The notes beneath the pieces are model-generated. The model was not told the origin of the DNA. It searched no databases and saw only the letters and a program-made list of their open reading frames with translations. A DNA stretch of 32,000 nucleotides from Candidatus Saccharimonadota bacterium (GTDB taxonomy: Archaea; Nanohalarchaeota; Nanosalinia; Nanosalinales; Nanosalinaceae): contig CP012986.1 of NCBI GenBank assembly GCA_001761425.1, forward strand, positions 210,001 through 242,000, read 5' to 3'. The translations under genes and the position numbers were made by a program. Positions 1 to 8,685 of this stretch are shown here, one piece after another. Every line of letters starts with the position of its first letter. The first letter of the stretch is position 1.

Positions 1-1017
1 CTCGGAGAGGAGGGTTGCGACGACCCGTCTTTCTACTTCTCCGCCTGCGTCACCTCTCTTCGGTGCGATGGCATCGATCTCATCGATGAAGATGATAGCA
101 GGTTCTCCTTCACGGGCCTCATCGAACTTCTCTCTCAACTGTTTTTCAGACTCTCCATAGTACTTGGACATGATTTCAGGCCCGTCAATGGAGAGGAACT
201 GTGCATCCGCTTCATTAGCAACAGCCTTCGCCAGCAAAGTTTTACCGGTCCCCGGCGGACCCTGAAGTAAAACTCCAGAAGGTGCGTCAATACCAAGCTG
301 CTGGAAAACCTCAGGATGCTTCAGAGGAAGCTCGATCATCTCACGAACCTTCTGAACTTCCTCATCAAGGCCTCCAATATCCTCATAGGTAACTTCCGGA
401 ACCTGTACAGAGTCCTCTCCAGGCTCGGAAACAGCCTGTTCCCGGACCTTGATCTCAGTCTCCTGAGTGATCTTCACAGGGCCTGACGGATCTGTAGAAA
501 CAACAGCTAGCTTTGTCTCACCGAAGCTGAACCTGAAATTATCTCCCATACCGTCAAACATGTCATCAAACAGAGAACGAGCGTTATCCTTCCCGCTCTC
601 AGGGACAACAATATCTCCCTCAAGTACAGGCCTTCCTACAAGGCCTCTCTTGAAGATATTAGGGTCTTTTACCTGCATCATGACTCCTTCTTCTGCCGGG
701 GCAAGTGTGATCTGTTCAGCAGCCTTGAGGTCAACTTTCTCAACTTCTACATGCTCTCCCAGGGATGTGCCTGCGTTTTTACGCATGTAGCCGTCCATCC
801 TTGCGATTCCAAGGCCTTTATCCGCAGGATAGCTCCTGGCTACACGGCCTACTGTTTCTCTACTGCCTTCTAGGCTTACTGCATCTCCCTCTCTTACCTG
901 GAGTTTTTCCATGATTTTGCTGTCAATTCTAACTATGCCTTTGCCAACATCCTGCTGAGCGTTTGGAGGAACTTCTCCAACCCTCAACCGTTTGGAACTG
1001 TCTTCTTCATCTGTCAT
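1..1017 (-). CDS. cdc48: CDC48/VCP-type AAA+ ATPase, N-terminal part (gene runs off the left edge)
   Basis: My own minus-strand translation from the ATG at 1017-1015 gives [51 protein letters not shown]..., a CDC48-like N-domain. It is followed by Walker [22 protein letters not shown] and Walker B region [14 protein letters not shown]. The frame stays open to position 1. It is absent from the ORF track because it is open at the edge. Confidence 0.9.
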   Translation of the reverse strand, partial: MTDEEDSSKRLRVGEVPPNAQQDVGKGIVRIDSKIMEKLQVREGDAVSLEGSRETVGRVARSYPADKGLGIARMDGYMRKNAGTSLGEHVEVEKVDLKAAEQITLAPAEEGVMMQVKDPNIFKRGLVGRPVLEGDIVVPESGKDNARSLFDDMFDGMGDNFRFSFGETKLAVVSTDPSGPVKITQETEIKVREQAVSEPGEDSVQVPEVTYEDIGGLDEEVQKVREMIELPLKHPEVFQQLGIDAPSGVLLQGPPGTGKTLLAKAVANEADAQFLSIDGPEIMSKYYGESEKQLREKFDEAREGEPAIIFIDEIDAIAPKRGDAGGEVERRVVATLLSE

Positions 1018-1354
1018 CTTGTTCTTCACCTGGATAAATTTCGTCTAGTATGTCTTTTTCATCGATAACGACCTTGAATCGGTGGAAAGAAACTTTCTCT
1101 CCCCACTCGTTGAAATAAGATACAACTTCGTCGGCAGCCTCTTTTGCAACGATGAAGACACTGTCATCAATCCTGAGGTGAGGTATCTCATCCATCAATC
1201 CATCTTTCTCGTATTCGTAGTGCTTCCCGTTACGTTTGACGGTCTGCGTGTAGCCGAAAAGGCCTCTGTAGAACTTGTTCCGCTCGTAGACGGATTCGAA
1301 GTTCTCCTTCTTCGTTCTGTAGGTCAGAAGGGCCGCAGCCGATTCCCTGGTCAT
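1007..1354 (-). CDS. hypothetical protein (115 aa), overlaps the cdc48 start by 11 nt
   Basis: ORF-track entry. The composition is acidic like its neighbours. Its stop (1007-1009) overlaps the cdc48 ATG (1015-1017), which suggests co-transcription or coupling. I recognise no family. Confidence 0.55.
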   Translation of the reverse strand: MTRESAAALLTYRTKKENFESVYERNKFYRGLFGYTQTVKRNGKHYEYEKDGLMDEIPHLRIDDSVFIVAKEAADEVVSYFNEWGEKVSFHRFKVVIDEKDILDEIYPGEEQDDR

Positions 1355-1515
1355 ATGGTCACAGGTTATCTCTGAAACTTTATAACTTTTTTATTCATGT
1401 CAGTAAAAAATTCAAATGCTCGAAAACGTGTTGACAGTTCCTGGAGGCGCTGATAAAATCGCTTCTGGTAAACGCTGCCAAGTAGGATATAAGGTTTTCA
1501 CGATAAAATTTCCAT

Positions 1516-2205
1516 GTGGAGGTAGAAAGGCTTTCGACTTCTTGTGAGTCGATCGATGAGCTTCTCAGAGGAGGAGTAGAGAAAGGTATAATCACAAACG
1601 TCTACGGAGAATCCGGTTCAGGTAAGACCAATTTCGCTATCCAGCTCGCCGCGCAGGTAACGAGCGAAGGCCACAAAGTAGCATATGTGGATACAGAGGC
1701 AGGTTTCTCCCCTGAAAGATTTCTGCAGATTGCTGACGAAAAAGCACTGGATAACCTGATGATAAAGGAACCGTACGACTTTGAGGAACAGACAGAAGTC
1801 ATCTCATCGCTTGAAAATTTTGTCGAAGAGGAAAACATCGAACTTGTGATAGTGGACTCCGCAGTCTCACTATACAGGTTGAAGGTCAACGGCGACAACG
1901 CATCCGAGATCAACAACGAACTCTCACAGCAGTTCTCAGATCTCTCAAACATCGCCCGCAAACACAGCATCCCGGTCATCGTCACCAACCAGGTATACAC
2001 AAGCTTCGACGAGGAAGGCCTTGAACTCGTAGGCAGAGACGTACCAAAATACTGGTCTAAATGCCTCATCAAACTATCCAACAAGGACAAAAATGTCAGG
2101 AAGCTTGAAATCTCCAAACACCGCTCCATGCCTGAAGGCAGGAACACACGTTTCAAGATCACCAACCAAGGCCTTGAATCGGTCGACGAAGACGGCCTGT
2201 TCTAG
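1516..2205 (+). CDS. radB: DNA repair and recombination protein RadB (RecA/RadA paralog)
   Basis: 229 aa with a GTG start. The N-terminus LSTSCESIDELLRGGVEKGIITNVYGESGSGKTNFAIQLA has the RadB/RadA-type Walker A. The short length with no N-terminal HhH domain is typical of RadB. Confidence 0.85.
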   Translation: MEVERLSTSCESIDELLRGGVEKGIITNVYGESGSGKTNFAIQLAAQVTSEGHKVAYVDTEAGFSPERFLQIADEKALDNLMIKEPYDFEEQTEVISSLENFVEEENIELVIVDSAVSLYRLKVNGDNASEINNELSQQFSDLSNIARKHSIPVIVTNQVYTSFDEEGLELVGRDVPKYWSKCLIKLSNKDKNVRKLEISKHRSMPEGRNTRFKITNQGLESVDEDGLF

Positions 2206-2344
2206 AATCAGTGGTTAAACAGCCTGAAAGTTTTTCAGAAAAGCGTTAAATTATTCGCCTCGCCTAAATCTATCTATGAACGAAAAGGAACAGAACAGTC
2301 CAGCTCAGCGTTACTTCTGTAAAAAGAACCGGGAGGTGTAAATA

Positions 2345-3121
2345 TTGAAAGTAGCGCTTCTGGGGCCTGAAGGAACTTATACACATCAGGCAGCGGAAAA
2401 ATACTTTGAAGGCCTTGAACCAGAATTTTGTTCTACCATAAGAGAAGTATTCGAATCAGATACTGAAGCCAAACTTGTACCGATCGAAAACTCGCTGGGT
2501 GGAGGTGTTACAGATACTATAGATCTTTTGAGAGAAAAAGAAGAAAGGATCTCCGGCGAAGTAGTTTTACCGATCCAGCACGCCCTGATCTCAGATGAAG
2601 AAGATATTGAAGAAGTTGAAAAAGTGAAATCACATCCTCAGGCCCTAGCACAGTGCCGGGATATAATAGAAGAAAACAGCTGGGAAACAGAAGAAGCTAA
2701 CTCCACAGCTGAAGCCGTTGAAGATCTTGAAGATGGAGAAGCAGCTTTAGCTTCGGAGATAGCAGCGGAGATCAACGGAAAGAACATCCTGGGTAAATCT
2801 GTACAGGACAGGGACGTGAATGTTACCCGTTTCCTCGTGCTGAACGGAGAGCCAGAGATGCGAGAGAAGGCCTCAATTATCCTGGAGCCAGGAGAAGACC
2901 GGCCTGGCCTGCTTCACGCAATGCTTTCATGTTTCGCCGGACATGAGATCAACTTAAGCCACATCCAGTCAAGGCCTACCAAGGAAAAACTTGGAGAGTA
3001 CTACTTCTACGTCGAGGCCCAGGCCTCTGGAGAACAGCTTCAGAAAGCCATAACCGCCCTGGAAACGTATGGAGAGGTCCAGAACCTGGGAGAATACGCA
3101 GAGGCCGAGAGGCCTGAATAA
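2345..3121 (+). CDS. pheA: prephenate dehydratase with C-terminal ACT domain
   Basis: 258 aa. MKVALLGPEGTYTHQAAEKYF matches the PDT N-terminus, and the C-terminal ACT-like segment is ASIILEPGEDRPGLLHAMLSCFAGHEINLSHIQSRP. TTG start at 2345, preceded by the Shine-Dalgarno-like GGGAGGTG at 2331-2338. Confidence 0.9.
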   Translation: MKVALLGPEGTYTHQAAEKYFEGLEPEFCSTIREVFESDTEAKLVPIENSLGGGVTDTIDLLREKEERISGEVVLPIQHALISDEEDIEEVEKVKSHPQALAQCRDIIEENSWETEEANSTAEAVEDLEDGEAALASEIAAEINGKNILGKSVQDRDVNVTRFLVLNGEPEMREKASIILEPGEDRPGLLHAMLSCFAGHEINLSHIQSRPTKEKLGEYYFYVEAQASGEQLQKAITALETYGEVQNLGEYAEAERPE

Positions 3122-3133
3122 GGTGAAAGGTTC

Positions 3134-4242
3134 ATGAGAGAAAGAATCGAAAACATCAACCTGTCGATCAGGAAAATATCAGAAAAAGCCGCGAAAATAG
3201 ATGATATAGTCCGGTTTGACATCGGCCAGCCTTCGTTTGACACGCCTGAACACGTCAAAGAAGCTACAAAAGAAGGCCTGGAAGAGAAACAGGGCTATTC
3301 TCCTATGCTAGGCCTTGAAGAGATGAGAGAAGCCGTACTGAATGAGGAGAAACAGAAAAAAGGATTTGAAGGCCTTGACTTAGGCCTTGAAAACGTGATG
3401 GTTACTACAGGTGGTATGGGTGCTCTTTTCGCCATTTTTTCCGCGAGATTGGGTCGCGGGGATAAGGCCTTGTTCAATGATCCGTGCTGGGGGCCCTACA
3501 AGATGATTTCCGAGGTCAATGGAAATGAATGGGAGCAGGTTGAGTACTGGAACGATGATAGAGAGCTTAGGCCTGAGGCGAGGGAAAAAATCGCTGAAGC
3601 TGATATGATGGTTGTTAACACTCCTGGAAATCCGACAGGATACGTTTTGACAGAGGATCAGGCCAGAGAGATTGGTGAATGTGCCGGAGAGAATGATACT
3701 TTCTTGTCTCTGATGAGGTCTATCACAGACTGGTTTACGGGAAAAAACATTACTCGCCAGCAGTTCACGCAGATGATTCAGCTGTTATAGGCTCGGCTTC
3801 GAAAAATCATGCGATGACAGGATGGAGAGTAGGATGGATAATCGATGAACCGGAGAATATAGAAGAGTATGCGAAAGTTTCCCGTGCCTCTACGGCATGT
3901 CCTCCCAGGATCTCACAGTACGCAGCGATCGATGCCTTGAACAATGACTCACATGTTGAACAGATGAGAGAGACCTACGAGGAGAGAAGAGACCTGCTTG
4001 TCGAGCGTATGGATGATCTTGACTGGGATTTTGTCGCTCCTGAAGGCGCAATCTATGCGTTCCCGGAAGTTGGGCAGGACTCGTGGGATTTCTGCATGAA
4101 AATGATAGACAAAGGCGTAGCGATGGTCCCGGGCGAGCCGATGGGCCCCGAAAGTGATGAAAAAGTCCGTATCTGCTTTGGATCGACTACAAAAAAAGAG
4201 ATAGAAAAGGCCTTCGACACTCTGGAAAAGGAGTTGAACTAG
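3134..4242 (+). pseudogene. class I (aspartate/aromatic-type) PLP aminotransferase, split by a 1-nt frameshift near 3697-3706
   Basis: ORFs 3134..3790 and 3814..4242 are two halves of one aminotransferase. Frame 1 is open from 3697 and reads FLVSDEVYHRLVYGKKHYSPAVHADDSAVIGSASKNHAMTGWRVGW, with the PLP-lysine motif SASK..AMTGWR. This continues naturally from ...VVNTPGNPTGYVLTEDQAREIGECAGENDTF in the upstream frame. One extra base in the T-run at 3700-3702 would restore a 369-aa protein. SD-like AGGTGA lies upstream of the ATG at 3134. Confidence 0.8.
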
Positions 4243-4289
4243 GAGATGAATCAAAAATTAAAGATTCGAAAATTTTGGGGTGGGTTTAG

Positions 4290-5144
4290 ATGATAGGTCA
4301 GAAAATTGTTATTTTAGGTGGTACAGGCCAGTTCGGCCAGCATCTCGGCGAAAAGCTTCAGGAGGAGAATGATATCTTTATCTCCGGCTCCAGTATTGAT
4401 AGAGCGAAGGAAGTTGCTGAGAGATACGGATGGAAGTACGGAGAAGGCACAGAGATAGTCAAAAATGCGGATATCGTGATAGTGGCTGTACCGATCTCAG
4501 TTACTGAAGATGTCATACACGAGGTAGGGCCTCACGTACCGGATGATGCCCTTTTCACAGATATTACAAGCGTGAAGCAGATGCCGGTAGAGGCCATGAG
4601 CGAGTACTCCGAAGAAGTTCTCGGAATGCATCCGATGTACGCCCCGAGCAACTCGATCAGAGGACAAAAGATTGTCATGTGTCCGGAAAAAGGCAAAAAA
4701 TGGACAGTAATGGAAGAGTTCTGGGAAAGACACGGCGGAGACCTGCACTTCACAGAGCCAGAGACTCATGACAGGGCAATGAGCCTGGTGCAGGGCCTCA
4801 TGCATTTCTCTGAACTTGTTGTGGCGGATGTCATCAGGAAATCGGAGCTCTCCGGTGACGAAATGGAGGAATTTTCCTCTCCGGTCTACCAGCTGATAAC
4901 AGATCTGACCGCAAGAATGTTAAACCAGAAGCCAGGCCTGTACGGCTCTATACAGGCTGAAAACCCGGAAAACGAAAACGTGAGAGAAAGATTCATTGAA
5001 TCAGCGGAAGATATCAGAGAGATAATCGGAGACGAGGAGGCCTTTGCCGAAAAGTTCGACGATCTTGGAGAAGAATTTGACCTTGAAGGCGCCCAGGACA
5101 GGACTGACATGGTGATAGAGTTTCTTTCGAAAGAGGTCCGCTGA
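4290..5144 (+). CDS. tyrA: prephenate dehydrogenase
   Basis: 284 aa. N-terminal Rossmann motif KIVILGGTGQFGQHLG, then GMHPMYAP and later segments typical of the TyrA family. It sits directly after pheA and the aminotransferase. Confidence 0.8.
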   Translation: MIGQKIVILGGTGQFGQHLGEKLQEENDIFISGSSIDRAKEVAERYGWKYGEGTEIVKNADIVIVAVPISVTEDVIHEVGPHVPDDALFTDITSVKQMPVEAMSEYSEEVLGMHPMYAPSNSIRGQKIVMCPEKGKKWTVMEEFWERHGGDLHFTEPETHDRAMSLVQGLMHFSELVVADVIRKSELSGDEMEEFSSPVYQLITDLTARMLNQKPGLYGSIQAENPENENVRERFIESAEDIREIIGDEEAFAEKFDDLGEEFDLEGAQDRTDMVIEFLSKEVR

Positions 5145-5153
5145 AAAAAAGTT

Positions 5154-5492
5154 ATTTAAACAGAGGCCTCACTTTTTCCACTATGCGTCCACAGACACAG
5201 TCGAAGGGTGAACGTTTTGTGCCCGGCCGACTCGGTCAGCGAACGGTACATCGAGAAAGTCCTGGGATTCGAAAGGGTGGACGCGTTCTACAACAGGTCT
5301 AATCCTATCTCGGTTTCTACTGGATTTTTTGCCTCAATCACTGATCTAGAATTTGTGGCAGTGCATGTGCTGGTGCTGTAAAAAGCATCTTCTACAATTT
5401 TCGGTGTTCTATCTCTATGAAACTACAGAACTACACCGCAACGGTACGCTGCACGCGCAGAAAATCTTCAGAAAGGCCTTCCGGAGGTGAAA
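5154..5492 (+). repeat. non-coding segment A, paralogous to segment B (7988-8368)
   Basis: Colinear shared blocks are ATTTAAACAGAGGCCT (5154-5169), AAGGGTGAACGTTTTGT (5204-5220), GAAAGTCC (5255-5262), a second AAGGGTGGACG (5273-5283), CAGTGCAT (5359-5366), ACAGAACTACACCG (5425-5438) and GGAGGTGAAA (5483-5492). No acidic ORF is present. Confidence 0.45.
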
Positions 5493-5897
5493 GCTATCAG
5501 TAGAGAAGGCTACTCCAAGAGCTTCGAGTTCGACAGTCCAGAGTACTTCGAACAGCAGGAAGGTTTCGAGGAGATCGGCGAAAACGTCTACAAGGCGGAG
5601 ACGAGAGGAGAATCAGCTATTATTATCTATGACAAGGCCTCGGATATTATAGATGTCGTCGGCAATTTCAAAGCGGTTAGAGGTGTACAGTGGAACCATC
5701 GACAGGAGTTCAGTGCCAATGCTGACTTCAACAACGGAGTTAGCGAACATTACCGCCCTGGAAGGCCTATCGAGAGTGAAGCTGTAAAAGAGGCTCTGGA
5801 AGAATTCGGTGTTGAAACGGAAGGTCTTGAACCGGAGCAGAAGCCGAGAGTCATTGCTGATGGAGGGGAAGCTGCTGGTCACAGGCCTCAAACTTGA
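5487..5897 (+). CDS. hypothetical small acidic protein (136 aa)
   Basis: ORF-track entry with an acidic composition consistent with the local proteome. GTG is the first possible start after the in-frame stop at 5418-5420. It is followed by a hairpin and a T-run. A short segment (EGFEEIGENVYKAETRG) resembles the ORF at 8437-8649 (EAYEEIEETFYGERG). Confidence 0.55.
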   Translation: MKAISREGYSKSFEFDSPEYFEQQEGFEEIGENVYKAETRGESAIIIYDKASDIIDVVGNFKAVRGVQWNHRQEFSANADFNNGVSEHYRPGRPIESEAVKEALEEFGVETEGLEPEQKPRVIADGGEAAGHRPQT

Positions 5898-5914
5898 GGC
5901 CTCTACTTTTTTTT
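5883..5914 (+). terminator. hairpin plus T8 tract between convergent ORF136 and topA
   Basis: AGGCCTCA (5883-5890), loop AACT, TGAGGCCT (5895-5902) form a perfect 8-bp stem built from two AGGCCT copies. T8 follows at 5907-5914. The ORF136 stop TGA (5895-5897) lies inside the stem. Confidence 0.5.
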
Positions 5915-7964
5915 ACCAGTCGTCTTTGGTTGGGCAGTCCGGGTCTATGCACATTTTGTAATTGGAGCTTTTCTCTCTGTAGACCTGTATCTTCGGTGTG
6001 TTGCATTCATCACATGTCTCGTCGGTTTTTGAGATGTCGCCGTTGTTCGGCAGTGGGAAGCTGTTTTCACAGTCTGGATAGTTGGAACAGCCGACGAAAC
6101 GGGAGCCGCTGGACTTGATCATTCGCAGAGTTCCGTCCTCACATTGGTCGCAGGGTCCTAGCTGTCGTTTCCTCTTTCTTTCCTGGTCGATGGTGTCGAC
6201 GAGTTCCCGGCCGATCTCTTTTTCTTTCTCCTTGAACTTTGAGAGGGTCTCGGTTAGCTCTTCCTTTGCTTCCTCTATTACCTCTTCTCTACTGTTTTTT
6301 TCCTCGCGGATGGCCTCCATCTTCTCCTCGAACTCTCTTGTAAGCTCCTCGGAGACAACTGCAGGGCTGTGATCCTCCAGGGTCTCTACAATAGCAAGGC
6401 CTAGATCTGTGACCTCTATAGGATCTCCCTCGATATACTCTCTGTCGTAAAGTCTGTCAACAATCTGTGCTCTTGTGGCCTTTGTACCGAGTTCTCTTTT
6501 CTCAAGCTCGTTAACAATGGAGCTCTGTGAGTATCTTCTGGGAGGTTTTGTCTCTTTATCTGCTAGTTCAAACTCCTCGATATCGAGGACTTCTCCTTCC
6601 TCTACTCCTGGCAGTTCCGCTTCTTCAACGTTCACATACGGGTCATAGAGGTTGAACCAGTTTCTCTCCTTCGTGATCTTGGACTTTGCATTGAACTCGT
6701 AACCTCTCACATCCAGAGTCAAAGTCAGTGACTGCCTCTTCGCTGCATCTCCAAAGACGGCAAGGAAACGTTTTACAATTAAATCATAGACCTTTCTCTC
6801 CTTCTTTGACAAGCTTCCAGGCGATTCGCCTGTAGGATAGATCGCAGGATGCGCATCATCCTCTTTCTTACCCTGCCGTGGATAGATATCGTCCTTATCC
6901 AAGACTTTCTGAGCAAGGCCTTCGTACTCTTCCTGACCTTTCAGCTTCTTCAGCAGATTACTGTATCCAAGCTTCTTAGGAAGTTTCTGGGACTCTGTTC
7001 TCGGATAAGAGATAAGACCGTTCTCGTAGAGAGTCTGGGCGATCGACTGCGTCGTTTTAGGGTTGATGTTGAACTGGCTGGAAGCCTCGGATTGAAGGCC
7101 TGTCAGGTTGAAAGGGATCGGAGGATTATGCTTGTAATTATTAACTTTGATATTCGAGACTTCCGCTTCATCCTCATCTTGAACCTGGTCAAAAATTCCT
7201 TCTGCGATCTCTTCCTCCCAGATCCGGTCATTCTTCTCATGATCAGCTTCCGGATCCTGGAACTTTGCCCTGAACTCGCTGTGGTGTAAAAAAATCTCCC
7301 AGTAAGGATCAGGCTCGAACTCTATTATGCTTCTTTCCTTATCCGCAAGCATCTTCAGCGAAGGTCCCTGTACACGACCCGTAGAAAGGGTTTTATACCG
7401 GTCATTTTCCCGGACTGCCTGCATTAGGGCGCGTGAAACATTTACACCGTAGTAAAAGTCCAGTACATGTCTTGTAAGGCCTGCCTCGGTCATCCCTTTG
7501 TCAAAATCTTCTAGGTCGTCGAAGGCCTCGTTCAGGTCGTCCGGTGTGAGCGTGGAGAATTTCATCCTCTTTATTCTTCCTTCATCGGCGTTCGCCAGCT
7601 GTTTGATGACGTTAGCGCCGATCACTGATCCTTCAAGGTCGAAGTCGCATGCGTTGATGTACTCGTCTGCTTTATCCAGCTGATCTCTCAAGTTGTTGTA
7701 GTATTTCTTTACATAGTCCGCGCCGTCCTCATTCTCAAAGATCGGCTCCCACTGGACTTCAAAAACAGGGTAGTCCCAGCCCTCCTCATGTTCCTCAAGA
7801 TTGAATATATGGCCGACAGCAGGCGCTATAATAATCTTCTTACCGTTCTTCTCCAGCACATAGTTTTTAACGCCACGATTCTCTTCGACAGAATAGTTCC
7901 CAAGCGCCTGGGCGATCCTACTGGCTACTTTCGGCTTCTCCCCAACCATCACTGCTGTCTGCAT
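5913..7964 (-). CDS. topA: DNA topoisomerase, type IA (archaeal TopA / topo III-like) with C-terminal zinc ribbons
   Basis: 683 aa. Toprim N-terminus MVGEKPKVASRIAQALG and the active-site region ISYPRTESQ. Two C-terminal Cys4 modules are present (CDQCEDG...CSNYPDC and CDECN...CIDPDC). Confidence 0.92.
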   Translation of the reverse strand: MQTAVMVGEKPKVASRIAQALGNYSVEENRGVKNYVLEKNGKKIIIAPAVGHIFNLEEHEEGWDYPVFEVQWEPIFENEDGADYVKKYYNNLRDQLDKADEYINACDFDLEGSVIGANVIKQLANADEGRIKRMKFSTLTPDDLNEAFDDLEDFDKGMTEAGLTRHVLDFYYGVNVSRALMQAVRENDRYKTLSTGRVQGPSLKMLADKERSIIEFEPDPYWEIFLHHSEFRAKFQDPEADHEKNDRIWEEEIAEGIFDQVQDEDEAEVSNIKVNNYKHNPPIPFNLTGLQSEASSQFNINPKTTQSIAQTLYENGLISYPRTESQKLPKKLGYSNLLKKLKGQEEYEGLAQKVLDKDDIYPRQGKKEDDAHPAIYPTGESPGSLSKKERKVYDLIVKRFLAVFGDAAKRQSLTLTLDVRGYEFNAKSKITKERNWFNLYDPYVNVEEAELPGVEEGEVLDIEEFELADKETKPPRRYSQSSIVNELEKRELGTKATRAQIVDRLYDREYIEGDPIEVTDLGLAIVETLEDHSPAVVSEELTREFEEKMEAIREEKNSREEVIEEAKEELTETLSKFKEKEKEIGRELVDTIDQERKRKRQLGPCDQCEDGTLRMIKSSGSRFVGCSNYPDCENSFPLPNNGDISKTDETCDECNTPKIQVYREKSSNYKMCIDPDCPTKDDW

Positions 7965-7987
7965 ACATTAAACATAAGGCCTCACAG

Positions 7988-7996
7988 ATTTAAACA
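7988..7996 (-). promoter_or_regulatory. putative TATA box of topA (leaderless-type spacing)
   Basis: On the minus strand, TTTAAAT lies about 26-32 nt upstream of the topA ATG (7964-7962). This is the usual archaeal TATA-to-start spacing for leaderless mRNAs. Confidence 0.4.
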
Positions 7997-8368
7997 GAGG
8001 CCTGTTTTCCGACGTGGAAAGAGAAGTCGGTAGCTTTCCAGCCATGAGGCCTGAGAGACTACAGTCTTGATGAGAGAATGAAGAATCTTTGACTCCACAT
8101 TGAAGCAATATTTTATAAATGCACGATACAGAATCTACAGGTATGAGAGTGCATCTAACCAAGGGTGGACGTTTTGTACAGTCCAGAGGATGCGCTGTCG
8201 ACAGATAATCTTTCTCACTTATCTATTTCAACTTCAACTCATGTGAAAGTCCCAGTGCATATGCATCAGGTTTTTCTATACCTTTTGAGGTGACAAAGAC
8301 AGTGAAAAACAACCAGAACACCGTTGTACCACAGCTTAAAACCGGAAAAACTTTCAGAGGAGGTGAAA
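7988..8368 (+). repeat. non-coding segment B, paralogous to segment A (5154-5492)
   Basis: It shares these blocks in the same order: ATTTAAACAGAGGCCT (7988-8003, identical 16-mer), AAGGGTGGACGTTTTGT (8161-8177), GAAAGTCC (8245-8252), CAGTGCAT (8253-8260), CAGAACACCG (8314-8323) and GGAGGTGAAA (8359-8368). Confidence 0.45.
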
Positions 8369-8436
8369 ATTAATGGCAGAATCCGCGAAGACCTCACAGA
8401 TGTACAGGGGGGGCCCTTGACCATGAAGAAGACGCG

Positions 8437-8649
8437 ATGCCTCAGAGTCTTACTGAAGCAGGGAACGCAGCACGGTCAGAGTACACTCCAGAACTCTCCG
8501 ACCCCGAAGATATTAGCTATGACATGGATACGGTTGGAGATGCTTTTGAGGCCTATGAAGAGATCGAAGAAACATTTTATGGGGAAAGAGGTCTTACAGA
8601 GAACCAGAACGCACTCAGTGCCTTCGGAGAACTATTCAGCGAAAATTAA
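8437..8649 (+). CDS. hypothetical small acidic protein; probably the 3' part of a gene starting at ATG 8373 and disrupted in a G7 tract
   Basis: A 70-aa acidic ORF. An ATG at 8373 has a strong SD (GGAGGTGA, 8359-8366) but stops after 15 codons. The G7 run at 8407-8413 separates it from the 8437 frame, and a G6 tract would fuse both into a ~91-aa protein. Confidence 0.4.
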   Translation: MPQSLTEAGNAARSEYTPELSDPEDISYDMDTVGDAFEAYEEIEETFYGERGLTENQNALSAFGELFSEN

Positions 8650-8685
8650 AAGGAAAGAAGGATGGGCCTTTACAGGCCTTTTGCT

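Noticed and set aside
3697-3706. Programmed -1 ribosomal frameshift in the aminotransferase.
   Set aside because: There is no X-XXY-YYZ slippery heptamer at the shift site and no obvious downstream stimulatory structure. An indel (real or technical) is the simpler explanation.
5255-5262. GAAAGTCC (also at 8245-8252) and AAGGGTGAA resemble RNase P RNA conserved regions (CR-I GAGGAAAGUCC and the AAGGGUGAAAGGGUG segment).
   Set aside because: The order of the motifs is wrong for RNase P RNA. No complementary P4 3' strand (ACAGAA followed by the complement of the sequence after GAAAGUCC) is present in either segment.
5264-5284. GGGATTCGAAAGG looks like a tRNA T-loop (TTCGAA), and the 8-bp GCGTCCAC/GTGGACGC pairing looks like an acceptor stem.
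   Set aside because: On neither strand do the bases flanking TTCGAA form a 5-bp T-stem, and no D-arm or anticodon arm can be drawn. I found no other tRNA-like T-arm in any spacer.
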